Positions 1 through 13,037 of a stretch of DNA of 64,000 nucleotides are shown one piece after another. The DNA is from Monocercomonoides exilis PA203. Its lineage: Eukaryota > Protista > Preaxostyla. The notes under the pieces were generated by a model. That model was not told the origin of the DNA and did not search any database. It saw only the letters and a program-made list of their open reading frames with translations. The first letter of the stretch is position 1, and each line of letters starts with the position of its first letter. The stretch covers positions 682,001 through 746,000 of the forward strand of contig LSRY02000045.1 in assembly GCA_001643675.2 (NCBI GenBank). Direction: 5' to 3'. The position numbers were made by a program, and so were the translations under genes.

Positions 1-288
1 CAATTTGAAAGTGTTTGCAGCTTCAATAATAGAATAAAGTTTCTGTTTTCTCAATTCTTTTCGTTCGTCATGTGTTTTAGAGAGTTGAACATCGTCATAT
101 ATATTTTCGTCTATTGCATTTAAAAACTCTTGTTCTTGAATCTGTTGTTTTCCATAATCTTTCAACAGTTTCTTATTTTTTTGATAAGATCCTCTTCCAA
201 AAGCAGGAATAACGTCAAGTCGAAATAATGTTTTCGCAAGTATTTCTGATGGCTTCAATTTCTTATTCTTAAAATTTTGTTTGCTCAT
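1..288 (-). CDS. 5' part of an ORF running off the left edge, possibly the N-terminus of a pogo-like transposase
   Basis: ATG at 288 (minus) opens 96 codons to position 1 (MSKQNFKNKKLKPSEILAKTLFRLDVIPAFGRGSYQ...). K-rich. Upstream lie a G-tract (346-352) and AAAAAGGGTC (391-400), both also seen in the pogo element at 37399-39406. No catalytic motif is visible in the window. Confidence 0.35.
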   Translation of the reverse strand, partial: MSKQNFKNKKLKPSEILAKTLFRLDVIPAFGRGSYQKNKKLLKDYGKQQIQEQEFLNAIDENIYDDVQLSKTHDERKELRKQKLYSIIEAANTFKL

Positions 289-552
289 TATTCCTAATTT
301 TATAGAAATTTAAAAAATTTCGATTTTAAAAAATCTCTGTCATTTTCCCCCCACATAAATAGATCCTGTTTAATTTTAAAAATAAATATGAAAAAGGGTC
401 CAATTTAATTTTTTAGAAGAACTGAAAGTTTTGGAAATTTTCAATATTTGGGATTTTGTTTTGTAATTGATTTGATTTCAATAATTATTATTATTGATTG
501 ATTAATTTTAATTATCGATATCGATTAATTATTTATTGTTTAATTTTGATTG

Positions 553-650
553 TCATTAAGCACTTTTCATTAAGCACTTTTCATTAAGCACTTTTCATTA
601 AGCACTTTTCATTAAGCACTTTTCATTAAGCACTTTTCATTAATCACTTA
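553..650. repeat. 14-bp tandem minisatellite (TCATTAAGCACTTT) x6 perfect + 1 degenerate
   Basis: Read directly from the sequence. Confidence 0.95.
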
Positions 651-792
651 TCATTTATTATTGTGAATTAGATTTTGAATTTGAGTTCTAAATTCACTGC
701 GAATTTGACTGCAGCGCAGCTATGAGTAACTCTGTCTCATATATCGCAAAGAGGCATGATTTATTTGATTTGACAAATGTTTGAAAATTTGT

Positions 793-864
793 CGCCTCTA
801 ACGGGTATTGAACCTTTGACCTTAATTATGAAAGGCCATGGTATAACCCTTAAGTTATGAAAGC
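793..864 (-). pseudogene. degenerate tRNA-like sequence (tRNA-Met-like pseudogene or SINE head)
   Basis: Reverse complement GCTTTCATAACTTAAGGGTTATACCATGGCCTTTCATAATTAAGGTCAAAGGTTCAATACCCGTTAGAGGCG is 72 nt. It has an imperfect acceptor stem (GCTTTCA/TAGAGGC), an A-box-like TAACTTAAGGG, TCATAA then AAGGTC as in elongator tRNA-Met, and a B-box-like GGTTCAATACC. The anticodon and T stems pair poorly. Confidence 0.5.
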
Positions 865-2302
865 TTAATAGAACTTAAACGAATTTAGCGGGTCAATTCG
901 AATTGTTTTAGTCAAAACGTTTTTTGTCTATTTTAATGGTTTTGACTCAATCAATTCGGTTTTCTCTCAATCTAATTTGTGATCTAAAATACAAAAATTA
1001 TATATCAATTTTGATCAAAATTCTTTGAAGTTTTTTGTGTTTTCTGTTACAGAGCAGTTCATTTTTATTAATTTTTTGATATGTTTTTTATTTCATTGTT
1101 GCTTTTGTGTTTGAATGATATTTATTGATGATCACGAACAAAATGTCGATAAATTTGGTGATTGATATTTTGGTTTTTTCCATTGAAATACCACATTTTT
1201 TACTTATTCGCATTCATTGTAAGAGCCGTTGGTTTTGAAATAGTTGAGAAACTCACTGATTTAAGTTAATTTTTGTTTTTGATGGATATTTTCCTCAGAA
1301 CAATAAAGTTTGTTCATTTTTTTATGAGCAATGTGTGAAATTTAACGATTTTTATCATTTTTGTGTAATTATTTGAATAGATGTGTTTTCAATGAATAAT
1401 TTTGTTGTTTAAGTCATTTGAATCTGTGTTTTGCTTTTCTTTTTAATTTAATTTATTATAACATTGGTCTATTTTGATCATTATATTTGAACACTTCAAA
1501 TCAATAAATAATAATCAAAAGAATGATATACACTTTTATTTTTTGAATTCATTCTATTTTGACAGATAGAAAATTGAACAAAGGATTTTTAAAAGTGTGA
1601 AAACTTTAAAACTCCATTTTTTTCTAGAAGAAACATGAACATAATAATTTTTATGAAATAAACTTCATTTATAAATTCAAAATTGAAAATTTTTAAACTA
1701 TCATTTTTTTAATTTCATGGTGATCATGCACCCAGAATTGAATCAATTGGTCTTGACTCAATCAAAACGGTTTTAAGTCTCACTTTTTGGTTTTATATTT
1801 CACTTATTGGTATTAGTCAAATCGAATACCGCATTACTGAGTCATTTCGTTTTAGTTCTAATATAAATATGAGTTTTTCAAATTTGCTTTAATTTAAAAA
1901 AGAAAAAACATGAACTGACATTTTTATTATGAATTAAAAAAATGAACTGAAATAATTTAAAACAGTAAATATTTTGGATCACACTAAAGTATGTGAAAAA
2001 ACACATCATTTTTCAAATATTAATACTTAATTTAAGTTGAAATTTATGAATTTTCTTGTTTGATGTTATTTGGAGCCGTAATGTGAGTAATTTGGGCCAC
2101 ATTTTTAAATGTGGGTTTAATTACTCGCATTATATACTACTTGAAGATCTATTTTTAATAGTTGAAAAAGAACAATTTGTGTAAACACTTTCACAAAAAT
2201 ATGATAGTAACATAAGATACTCGTCTCAAAGTCAATTGTATGTATAAAAATTTGTTTATAAAAGAATTAAAAAACTTTGAAATTTGTGAAGTTGTTCTAT
2301 TA

Positions 2303-3443
2303 CTCTGACCTATTTTTTTTCTTCGACCCTTTTTAGGAGCTGGATACGGCTTAATACATAATCATAGCCAGCAAAAAATAACTAGAAACGTTTATTTTAA
2401 TATATGTTACTTATGCAGAAAAAATTTTTAACGAAATTTATTTTTCTAAGAGTTCTCTGTATATTTTATTTTATTTTTTGATCATCAAATTGATGATCTT
2501 TCCATGAATATAGCATTCTGCAAATTTTAAGCTACAGCATAATTAAACATCTTATCCTTTTTATTGTTTTTATAACTTCTCACATTTCACAAGTTTCTTT
2601 TTCACTTGTTTTCCCATTTCATCGACTTTTAGAAAAAATACAATTTTTGATTGTATTAAAAACAATTTTTAAATTTAATAAGTTGTAACTCATTTTAAAT
2701 ACAAAATATTGAGATATGTTTTAATTATCTTTTCCTGAATAATTGAAATTGGCTAAAAATCATAACGATTGAAGTTGATATTTTTCGTATGTCTTATGAA
2801 AATCAATTTTGATAAACTTTTTTGTATAACTACATAAACAACATTTAGACATATATAAAAGATAACCTTGAAATTTTTATAAAAATTCATCATTCTTTAG
2901 AAAAATTGGGACAAAATATTTTAATTTATGAAATTTGTTCTATTCTTCTCTAACAAATATTTTTCTCAAATTTTGAATTTTTCTGTAATTATTTGCATAG
3001 TTACGGTTGATTTATAATGAAATGATTGTAGAAAAAGTTTGGAACAAATCTCAGTTTTTTTCATAATTGCAAAAATTTTGCCCCAATTGTATTTTTTCTA
3101 AAAGTCGATGAAATGGGAAAACAAGTGAAAAAGAAACTTGTGAAATGTGAGAAGTTATAAAAACAATAAAAAGGATAAGATGTTTAATTATGCTGTAGCT
3201 TAAAATTTGCAGAATGCTATATTCATGGAAAGATCATCAATTTGATGATCAAAAAATAAAATAAAATATACAGAGAACTCTTAGAAAAATAAATTTCGTT
3301 AAAAATTTTTTCTGCATAAGTAACATATATTAAAATAAACGTTTCTAGTTATTTTTTGCTGGCTATGATTATGTATTAAGCCATAGCCAGCTCCAAAAAA
3401 AAAGGTGGGTGTTAAAAAAGGGTCAGAGGAAAAAGTGTAACCC
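2303..3443. mobile_element. foldback/MITE-like element with 298-bp inverted arms and a pogo-type terminal sequence
   Basis: 2348-2645 is the reverse complement of 3085-3382 (no mismatch seen by eye), with looser homology extending outward. The right end GGTCAGAGGAAAAAGTGTAACCC|TA (to 3443) resembles the right TIR of the pogo element (GGTCAAGATAAAATAATAACCC|TA). The left end is degenerate. Confidence 0.7.
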
Positions 3444-3631
3444 TAATTATTATTTGAATATCAAACAAAGTTAAAGATTAACAAACGAAGAAAATAAAAA
3501 AAAAAATTAAAGAAATTCGTGAATTTTGCATTTGATTCTTAATAAGCTTCTATCACATGAGCATCTTCATTTAATTTTCCTCCCTTCGTTTCTCCTCTGA
3601 TTCTCTATATTTCTTCCTCGTCTCTTATCCA

Positions 3632-5340
3632 TCATCCAGATATCCACACCTGATGCTCCTCTCCTTTTGTTGTGCTGCTCTTATTCCATGCTGACTCTAC
3701 AAACACCTTTTTCATAAATGATTGTAAATGTAGCAGAAGAGTGTACGTCTCTCGAAAGCTACTCCCTCGCTCCTTCATCATTATCACATCCTTTTCTGCA
3801 TCCACTTCAGCTAAACTTGAATTCCTCTCAGTCTCTTCCTCTTTGCTCGCTTGCAATTCCCTCGTGGCTATCTGCCCATCCACTCTGGCTGGCTTGGCTG
3901 CCCCAGACCAAAGAACAATAATCGGTTTTCCCTCCTCCAATAATACCAACATTGTGCACTCATCCAACTGAGCAGCTCTTGTGTTAATTTGGAAAGGTGA
4001 TGTACCTTTGACTGCGCTTCTGAGGTTTATGTGTTCACCAGTTATGTGAGCGAAGAGTCTTCCGAGGGCGGAGTTGCAACGGTGTTCCTCAACTGCGAGA
4101 AGTCGTTGCTGCACTTGTCCGAATGCATCCTCAACTTCTGCTTTGTCTTGAATAATGTATTCATGGGAAAGGACCTCTTTCTCCGATGCTCCTCCATCTC
4201 CTCCCAAATCAACAAGTCCTTCTTTTCCTTCGGCTTTACTCAGCATTCTTTCGCTTGAAACACGCCAATCTGAAAGTTTGACTACTCCTACACAGACCCC
4301 AACCCCGATCTCGACTTCAACAAAGTCACCTTCATCACACTCTACCACGCACACCAGATTTTTGTCAATCAAAACACCGGCTCCTCTGAGCATCGTTGCG
4401 GCTCCCTGCTTTCCTCCTGTTCCTTCATCTTCACAACAGTCATTCACAATAACCGCCAGAATTGCCTTTCCAACATGGGAGTTGGATATATCTTGTGAAG
4501 TCTTGTTTCTGCTCATTTCGCCTTCGCCAACTCGCTGATGTTATGTCTTACAAGCTGCATCCTCATTTGCTATCACATCTTTTCCCATTATTCATCCTCC
4601 TTCGCTCACTCTTCCCTCTTCTCCTTCCTCGTCGTATCTCTTGCTGTGTCCTCCTCTCTCATTTCTCCTTCCAACAAGCATCTTCACCTTAACTACAAAC
4701 TTCTTTGCGCTTGAAGAGGATATCTAAGCCTCTTCCAATCCGATATTCGTGCTCTTCCCAATTCCTGCGTCTTTCTCTCCAACATCAACATCTCTACACA
4801 AAATGCTGCTTCAATCGAATTCGCTTTTGATGATGAATCCAATAGTTCAGCACAGCATCTTATCTCAACGTATATCGCAATTGAAAGCTGTATAATTGTT
4901 CTTATTTATCTTTTTGGAATAAAAATAACAGAAAGTCACTTCAGCTTGATGCGCTCCGTCTTAACTACCATCTTGATTGGAAACCTTATCAGCAACATAT
5001 ACGACTGAAACAGCAGCATGGCTCCAGTGTATCTCAAACTGCACCATTCTCCAGAATGGAACTTCTACATCCTTTTGGAGCGCAGTCGCGTTTATCCATT
5101 GATCTCTTGCTGCCTTCGAGGTGTGCTTAATAAATGGATTTGCTCTGCAGCTGCCACAAGGATCCATTGAGCATTGCATCTGATTCATAAGAAAGTGTCT
5201 GCAAATGGAGTGCCTTTCTGATTCATTACAAAAGAAGAACAGCCGAACATAGTCTCCGCAGAAACACGTGCTTGTATCAACTGCGGTAAGTTCACGAATA
5301 GTCCCGTCTTCCCTAATAATTAATCCGCCTGCAAAAACAT
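3632..5340 (-). pseudogene. decayed coding-like region of unknown family
   Basis: Raised GC, a 294-codon ORF (3632-4516) and a Cys-rich reading near 4961-5340, separated by stops. No recognisable domain. Confidence 0.3.
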
Positions 5341-8300
5341 CACTTCATTCTCGCTGTTCTCTCATTATTGCCTTTCCCTGGAGAGGTGATGGCATGCTCT
5401 CATGGACCTCCTTTTTGCTTCTCAACCACGAATGTTCTCTCAACTGTATCATATCTCAGCGCACTTCCACATTCTTCGTATCTGCGCTCCATAACGCTCA
5501 TGAAAAAGAAGCAACGGATAGAATGATTCAGATATTCAACGTATTCCTTCCTGCCACATTGTTTCCTGTTCTGGTTCATCATCTTCTTCTCCTCCAACTT
5601 CTCCCCATTTCTATTTAACTTCCTCATTTTTTTAAATCTCAGCAATTTTCACTTACCATTTTCCATTCATCATATCCTGTCTAAACGAATTCTTCTATCT
5701 CTTTATCTTTATTCTCTTCATTGACTTTTCAATCTTCTTCTCATTTTCAACTGTTTTTTTTTCTTCAGAAATACCCTTCTTCTTTCTTTCAGTAATCATC
5801 CCATATAAAGATGAGAAAAAAAAAGAAGCAATCCAATCATATGAAGAAAGAGATGATGATGAAAAAGTGGTGTTATATGATGTTTATGCGCACAAAGAAG
5901 ATGAAATAGAAGAAAAAGAAGAAGAAGAAGAAGAAGAAGAAGATTGGTGGAAGTCAAAGGAGGTTTTGTAATGAAAGTGATCGAAGTTGCATTTGAGCAT
6001 TTTCATCTGCTGCTTCTTTCTCCCCATCCGAAGAAGAGGTAGCAAAAGAGCAAGATATTTGGACATAGCAACATTCAGTTGCCTCACAATCAACTGGCCG
6101 TGATGACGATTAGAAGGAAGACGATATAAAAGAAAGCAAAAATATTTGCTGCTCCGTTCTTTCAGCAGCCGCTCCTTCAAATTGTTCAGATTTGGACGAA
6201 TTAATTTGGTCATCCAATGGTCCTTCTAAAGATTCTGAGGTTTTCTTGTTTGCGTATCCTTCTCAGCATCTTCTTCCTTCTCTTTCACTTTCACTCTCTT
6301 CTTCTTCGTTTCTTTTTCTGACTTTTTCAAGTTCTTTGTTATTTTCTTTTCTAAATTCCTTTTATAACATCCTTTCATCTGCTTTGATGGCAATTCACCT
6401 CAATCTCCCTCATTTCCTCGACCTCCTTCATCTTCCAAAACATCATTTCACCTCTTCATTTTCTCCTCTTTCTGTCCCTTTCGATCTGAGCACTCAACAA
6501 AACGAATCAGAATTCTTTTGATTAAAAAAAATAAATTTCATCTTTCCCTTTTGCCTCTGGCTCAGCAGAACTCTTCATCTGATGGCCAGCCCTTCTTCTG
6601 TGTGGATGAAGACACGCAGAATGGGAAGAAAGCAAACCAAGTGGAAAAGCAGAGGAAGGAGTAGGAGAAGAAGAATGAGTATGTTGCTGTTAATTCTGTG
6701 CCTGTGAATGAATAAGGAGTTGCAGTTGAGAAAAGCAGAAGAGGGAAAATGAGTTTCTCAAAGCTGAGTAAAATCGAAGTTGGAAATTTGCACAAAGTTG
6801 CCTTTTTTGTCACTTTATGCATTAATCTAACGAAAATATCTCCGTTACAGTCATTTGTTTCCCTCTTTCATTCGTCTCGCTTTATCTTCTTTTAAGCTGT
6901 TTTTCTTTCTGTTCTCTAAAAGAAATGAAATATTTTCCTTTTATTTTCTGCAGTTGCACCTATTTTCAGCTTGCAATAACTGTGTAGGCGGAAGAGCGAA
7001 CGAATAATAAACAGCACTAGCAGATGCCAATAAAACTTGCGGTTGATAATAACTTCTGAAAATTTTATAGAAAATTGAACTGCCGTTTCAAAAATGCTGT
7101 TGTTGACGTAATAGATGCTTCTGCTTCTGCTTCTGCTTCTGCTGTTTCGATCGTGTTGGGAGTGATTTTTCTTGCTTGTCCGTTTTGTGTTCTCGTTATC
7201 ATCTAAATCATCATATATGGCGTTTCTTTCTTCTTCAATTTAATCATACTTCATTTTCTCATCTTCTTCATTCATTTCTCCAACTCTTTCTATTTCTCTC
7301 ATTCACTCGGAGTATTTTCTTGATCCTTCATCTTCATCTGCAAATTCAGCTGTTATGCATGCGATCGATTGAGCTGTGAAGCCGAAGAACTGAACTTAAA
7401 ACAACATTTTGCATCAAATTCAGTCGAAATTTACCATTTGAGAAGGATAATGCATTTGAGATGATGATTCAACGGCTGGGGATGATGAAAAAAAACTGAA
7501 GAAAAAAGAAGAAGAGAAAGAGGAAGAAGAAAAAGAAAAAGAGGAGGAGGAAGAAGAAGAAAATAAAGATGGAGATGAAGAAGATGGAGATGAAGAAGAA
7601 AATAAAGAAGAAGAAGAAGAAGCTCTTCCTAAAATATTCACATTCTGATAGACTCATCAATTAAGGCTACTGAATGAAGAGAAAAGTCACGTGCAGTCCT
7701 TTGTGGTGAAATACGTGCTTGGCGAACAAGCTGTGGAGGGAATTTGACAGGATGAAGAAGATGATGATGATGAAAAGGGAAAAGAATAAGAAGAAGAAGA
7801 AAATGATGATGATGTTTATGATGTCAATGATTATGATGATGATTTCTTGTATTTCTATCACTATTTTCGTGATTCCCTCTGTTAGCGTTCATCCTGCTTC
7901 GCCTTTTTTTCAATTTCTTGTTCCCATACATCGCATCAAGCCTGTCCTCGATTGCTTTTTTGATCACATGCTCTCTGAAGAAGTTCGATTCGCTCCAATC
8001 AAATTCTTCTTTTTGCAGCTTGCTTAATTCATCCTTCTCATCTTTTTGTATCTTCTGTTTTGCCATTTCTTCGTATCTTTGCTTTCTGTGTTCTGAATCA
8101 CTCTTTTCTTCTTCACACTCTTGTATTAATCTCTTCTTCCTTTATCTTCCTCCTCTTCCTCTCCCTCTTCTTTTCTCTTTCTCGCTCTTCTCATCTGCTT
8201 TCCTGCCATTTCTCCTCACTGCTGCTTGTTCTGAAAGATGCCATGCTTTCCCACTGCCACATTGCCCTCAAACACGCAAACAACCGCTCCGCTCACGAAA

Positions 8301-11300
8301 CATTCAGTGGAAAAACGACAAGTCGAATCGAAGCTCACCTCCAGTTCAGTCTTCATCCCACTCAAAGCATCAGATGGAGCGTTTGCTCCAGTGATAGTGT
8401 TTGCTTTTGTAGAGGAGGAAGAGGAAGAGGAAGATAAAGAGGAAGAGGAAGGAGAAGATCTGTGATATGGCTTTGTCTTATTTGAAGAAAAAGGAGAAGT
8501 GAAATTATGAGGTTTTTGAAGATCGAAAATTTTGAAGATTAATGCAAATTATAATCAATGGAGAAATTCAATGAAATGATAATTCTTTTTTTCTTCTTCC
8601 ATTTTTTTTGTTCTTCTTGTCACACTGTTCACCAAATTCATCATTAATTCTTCTTAATCTTCTTTCTATCGTTAATGCAAATAAGAAACATGTGATAATT
8701 TCGTTTTTTCTCTTTTTGATTTCATCTCTTAAGCTTTCATTTCCCCTTCTTTCACAAAAAATCATCTTTCCTCAAAGATAATTCTTCGCCAAAGCCCGAT
8801 TCTATGCATCTTCGAAACATCTCGCATTTCATCTGTCTGTTATTTTCTTCCCCACTTTTCTTTTTCTTCTTCAAAGCCAGCTAATCCCTCGCTGTTTCAA
8901 CATCCTGAATGAAAAAATTAATAATTACTTCAAAAAAATAACAACAACAAACCTTCCAAAAATTTTTTATATGCAATTTTCTGTTTTATATTCTATTGGC
9001 AACTGTTTCCCTCCAATAAAAATTCTTTATTCCTTCCATTTTCAAGTGTTTCATCATCTGATTCACCATCCATCCTTTCCATCAGTTGTTTCTCCATCAA
9101 GTGCATCTATTTCCCTCCCTTCTGAAAAATGTGAGATTTATGTATTTTGCTCAAATTCCATCTTTCTCATTGAAAAATATCCTGTTTTTTGTCTGAAAAT
9201 ATCATCTCCAATTTCCATCTCAATCCCTTCATCCTGGGCACTTTCCATATGAATTCGCTCTCCCAACTCCATAGCCACCATGCACAACGAGATATAAACA
9301 TTTCATTCATTTTCATTCTTTTCCACCTCCTGCCCTGAAAACAACACAAAAACAGTCAACAGGCAAATATTCATATAAATAAAACAAATAAATACCAAAC
9401 TGCCCTTCGATTGTATTTTGCCAAGCACACTCATTTCCACATCCATCATCATTCACAAAACCAATCTCATCATTTCAGCATCAGAATGGTCAAAATGCAG
9501 CACGGAATGCATCTCCACTAAATACATCGTGTATCTCACTGGAGGGTCTTTTCAGCCCGTACACATGGTGCTGGATGTCCAGAGGTGTTTTTTTCGGTTT
9601 TTGGCATGATCATCTCCTTTAATAATATTCTCAACCACCAAAAGAAATATTTGAGGTTTATCTCATCAACACCTTGCACATGAGGGATATGGGGCAGAGA
9701 AGAGATGGAAGAATATTTTTTGTGGCAGGGGGTGGGAGTTGAGTGTTTTTTGGAATGTTTATATTTCGAGAGGGATTTATAAATGAAAGAAATTCTGAGA
9801 CAAAGGGGTGGGGAAGAGTGGGTGGAAATTTGGAGAAAGTAATGTAGTAAATATGTAGAGAAGTGGCTGAGGAGGGCGAGGAAGATATTTGAGACAAATT
9901 GGAGAAATGGATTTTGAAAAGAAAGAAAAGAGGGCAAAAGTGTGCAAGAAGAAGAATATTCTGAAGTGTTCAATTGGAAGAGGGGTATTTTTTTATGAGA
10001 GGAGAAGAATGTTTTATGGAAGAGGCTGCGAAAGATGAAGAAAAGGAGGGGATTGATATTTTCTGATGATTTTTGGGGGTCGAATGGAAGAGGTGAATGG
10101 AAATGAATGGAAATTGAGGAAAATCAGCACTCTCTATTTTTCAGGGGAAAGGAAAGGAAATCTCAAAAAGAAAGTGAATTGACTTTGAAGAAATACAGCA
10201 ATATTGATTTCCACAATCTGTTCGTCACACATTTTGTGATTGAGTTTTTCAAACCAATCTGAAGTTTATGCAATAAATTAGTCGTTTTAGCCAATCAACA
10301 ACATCACACAAAGCGTTCTCATCATCTATCTCAGGAATGTTAATTGAATTATTGCACATTTCTCAATAATTTCTTCTTCTTCCTCATCATTTCCTTCTTT
10401 TTCGTCTTCTTCTTCTTCTGATAATCCTCCTTCATTTTGTCAATCATCTTCCTCATTTCTCGATTTACAAACACAAAATTCGCCTTCTCACAATTCACTT
10501 GCTCATTCAGCGAAAAGCATGCCTGTTTCGAACCGCATAACCAAAAACACACAAAATCTTCTTCAGTCACATCTTTCGTCTCCTTCTTCAACTTCAACTT
10601 CAACTTCGTTCTTCCTCATTCGTTCGCACATTCACACAGCATCTATCTTCATTTCAACAATTGTGATCCTCCTTTTCTTCTTCAACGCCTTCTTTAATGA
10701 ACGAATTTAAAATATTCCTATCTCCATTTCGTTCAACTTCCATCAAATTCATCAAGAGGCATTTAAATCTGCTCAATTTGGAAACGCAAAACATATATTT
10801 ATTCTGATATTGAATTTCTACCAGACCTAACACTGAGATGAAATGTGAAATTTTGATCCAGAATAGCCGAACATCAGGCACGCAACCAAAAATAGAGAAT
10901 GCCTCTGACTTTTTTCATTTGAAAGCTGAAAGAATTCACCGAAAACATAAAGAACAGGACAGGATAGGATATTTGGGGTGAATTGGTTCCAAAATAGTCT
11001 TCAGCAGGTTACACAGCCACGAACAAAAAGCGAATTGCAGGAAATGAAACGATGAAGAAGAAAAACAATTTTGAGGAAAAAGCATATTTGAAGAGAAATT
11101 ATATAAAGCAGTATGGTGAATCAGATACAAGCATGTTGAAATCGGAAAACTGATGAAATTATAATCTGAAGAAAATTACATGAAATTATTGAAGAAATGC
11201 TTTTTGAGAGATGAAATAGATGATGTAAAGCAACAAGCTGAATTTGCCTTTGATGAAAAGGAGAAAATAAGATGAAGAAATTTTGAAGAAATGTTATTAT

Positions 11301-11423
11301 CTGAGCGGATGGTTAGGATTTTGAAAAAATAAGTGGTGATATAGACTTCAAATGAAAAGAAGATGAAACCTCAAGAAATTTTCTATGATATGGAAAATAT
11401 TCAAAATTTGAAGATGAAGGAAA

Positions 11424-12707
11424 TTACAAGGAGATTAGAAAAGCATCATCATTTCCAGTGATTTTTGTGTCAACTGCGCTGAAGGAGAGTGTTTGAGTTG
11501 GAACAAATGTTGAGGAAAGGAGGGTGAGAGATGCGTCTTGGAGGAGAGAAATGAAGCTGGTGAGGGCATACTCGATGGTGGCACATGGGGTCTGTTGGGG
11601 TCTGCCACAGACATCAGCATCAGTTCCATTGCTGGCAACGATTTTGTTCTGGGCAATGAGGGGGAGCCAGCCATTATACACTGCATTGTCAGCTTGTCCA
11701 TTATTATACACTCTTTTCGATAGGGTTGTTGAACCACAATTCTCAAATGGTGATTGGGTGATGCTGCTGCCATTAAAGAACACGTCATTTCCTCTTCCAT
11801 TTGTTGCGGAATTACCATCGAAGAAACAGAATGTGATGAATTTGAACCCGCTCATCCATGAAAAGGTGTTTGTGCAGCAAAGCCCTGCTCCTCAGCGTGT
11901 TGAAGATGCACTTGTCAATTTGTTTATAAACTGACAATCATTAACCAAAAATTGACTCGGTTTATTTTGTGGAGGATTATTGAATGTGAGAGAGCCAGCA
12001 GAATCTTTTCCAGAATTTGAGAAGCACTTGCATTTGGTGAACAGGAATTGGCCGTTTGATGGAAAAGCACCAATATAAAAATACCAACCAGTTCCACACC
12101 AACCAGATATTGAACAATTTTCGACTTTGTTTTCTGAATGGTAATAAGCAGAATTTTGCTGTGGATTTGTTGTATGGACTGCTCCTCCATGCAACGCAGA
12201 GCAATTTGTAAAATTGGATGTTGAAATATCAATTTTAAACAAACAATTGCAGCACAACGCTCCTCTATGATCATCAGTTGAACAATTATTGAATGAGCAA
12301 GAAGTGATTGTGAGATTTGCAGTTGCACAATAAACATGAAGTGCACCTCCCCAGGCTCTTCCACCAGCTGTGTTTTCCCATTCGCACCATTTGAAGAGAT
12401 AGCTGTTCTCATCAAAAGAAGCCAACCTTTCTGGTCTCTTTCTATCGGTTTCATTTTCCAACATGATCCACAGCAGCATTTGATTAAGAACGTGTTTGAT
12501 GGAGGAAAGATGTGTTGAAGGCAGAGAGAGAGGTGGATGGACTGTTGAGAGAGGGGAGGATGGCTCCATCGATGGAGTTGTGGGTGAGGAGGAGGATGGT
12601 TGAGTGGATGGAGAGAGATGAGTTGGAGAATTTTGTTTGTCAGATGAACTCAGAGTTGAAAAACCAGAAAAAACAATTTTTACGAACATCTTTTTGTTTG
12701 TCTTCAT
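11424..12707 (-). pseudogene. truncated cassette of the beta-helix surface-receptor family (variable region + first CG-x-PC module)
   Basis: Contains FKWCEW..WGGALHV..SCSFNNC..GGAV, FCFFDGN..GRGNDVFF and CGRPQQTPCATIEYAL, homologous to aa ~290-700 of the ORF at 18916. In-frame TGA at 11892-11894 and a frameshift near 12500. No signal peptide, TM or kinase part. Confidence 0.8.
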
Positions 12708-12893
12708 TTATCTTCACATTTCTCAATCTTCAATCAACTTATTCTATTCGTATATTGTCTTCGTCATCTTCTTCTTATGCATCATATCACTTAGTTTCTT
12801 CTTCCTCTTCATTTTCGTCTTCTTCATTTTCTTCATCTTTTTTTATCATCTTCATCATCATCGTCAACATCAACATCATCATCATCATCATCA

Positions 12894-13037
12894 TCTTCTT
12901 CTTCTTCTTCTTCTTCTTCTTCTTCTTCTTCTTCTTCTTCTTCTTCTTCTTCTTCTTCTTCTTCTTCTTCTTCTTCTTCTTCTTCTTCTTCTTCTTCTTC
13001 TTCTTCTTCTTCTTCTTCTTCTTCTTCTTCTTCTTCT
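12894..13037. repeat. (TTC)n microsatellite, ~48 units, preceded by (TCA)n
   Basis: Read directly from the sequence. Confidence 0.97.

Noticed and set aside
553-650. Repeat array as CRISPR
   Set aside because: The 14-bp units are contiguous with no spacers, the context is eukaryotic and there are no cas genes.
4961-5340. Possible SWIM zinc finger (CFC...CRH) suggesting a Mutator transposase
   Set aside because: Only a loose Cys/His pattern, no MULE DDE core nearby, and the reading frame is uncertain.
5884-6213. HGQL..RQLNVAMSK resembling an SF1 helicase motif VI (Helitron/Upf1-like)
   Set aside because: No other helicase motifs are found and the conserved Arg is absent.
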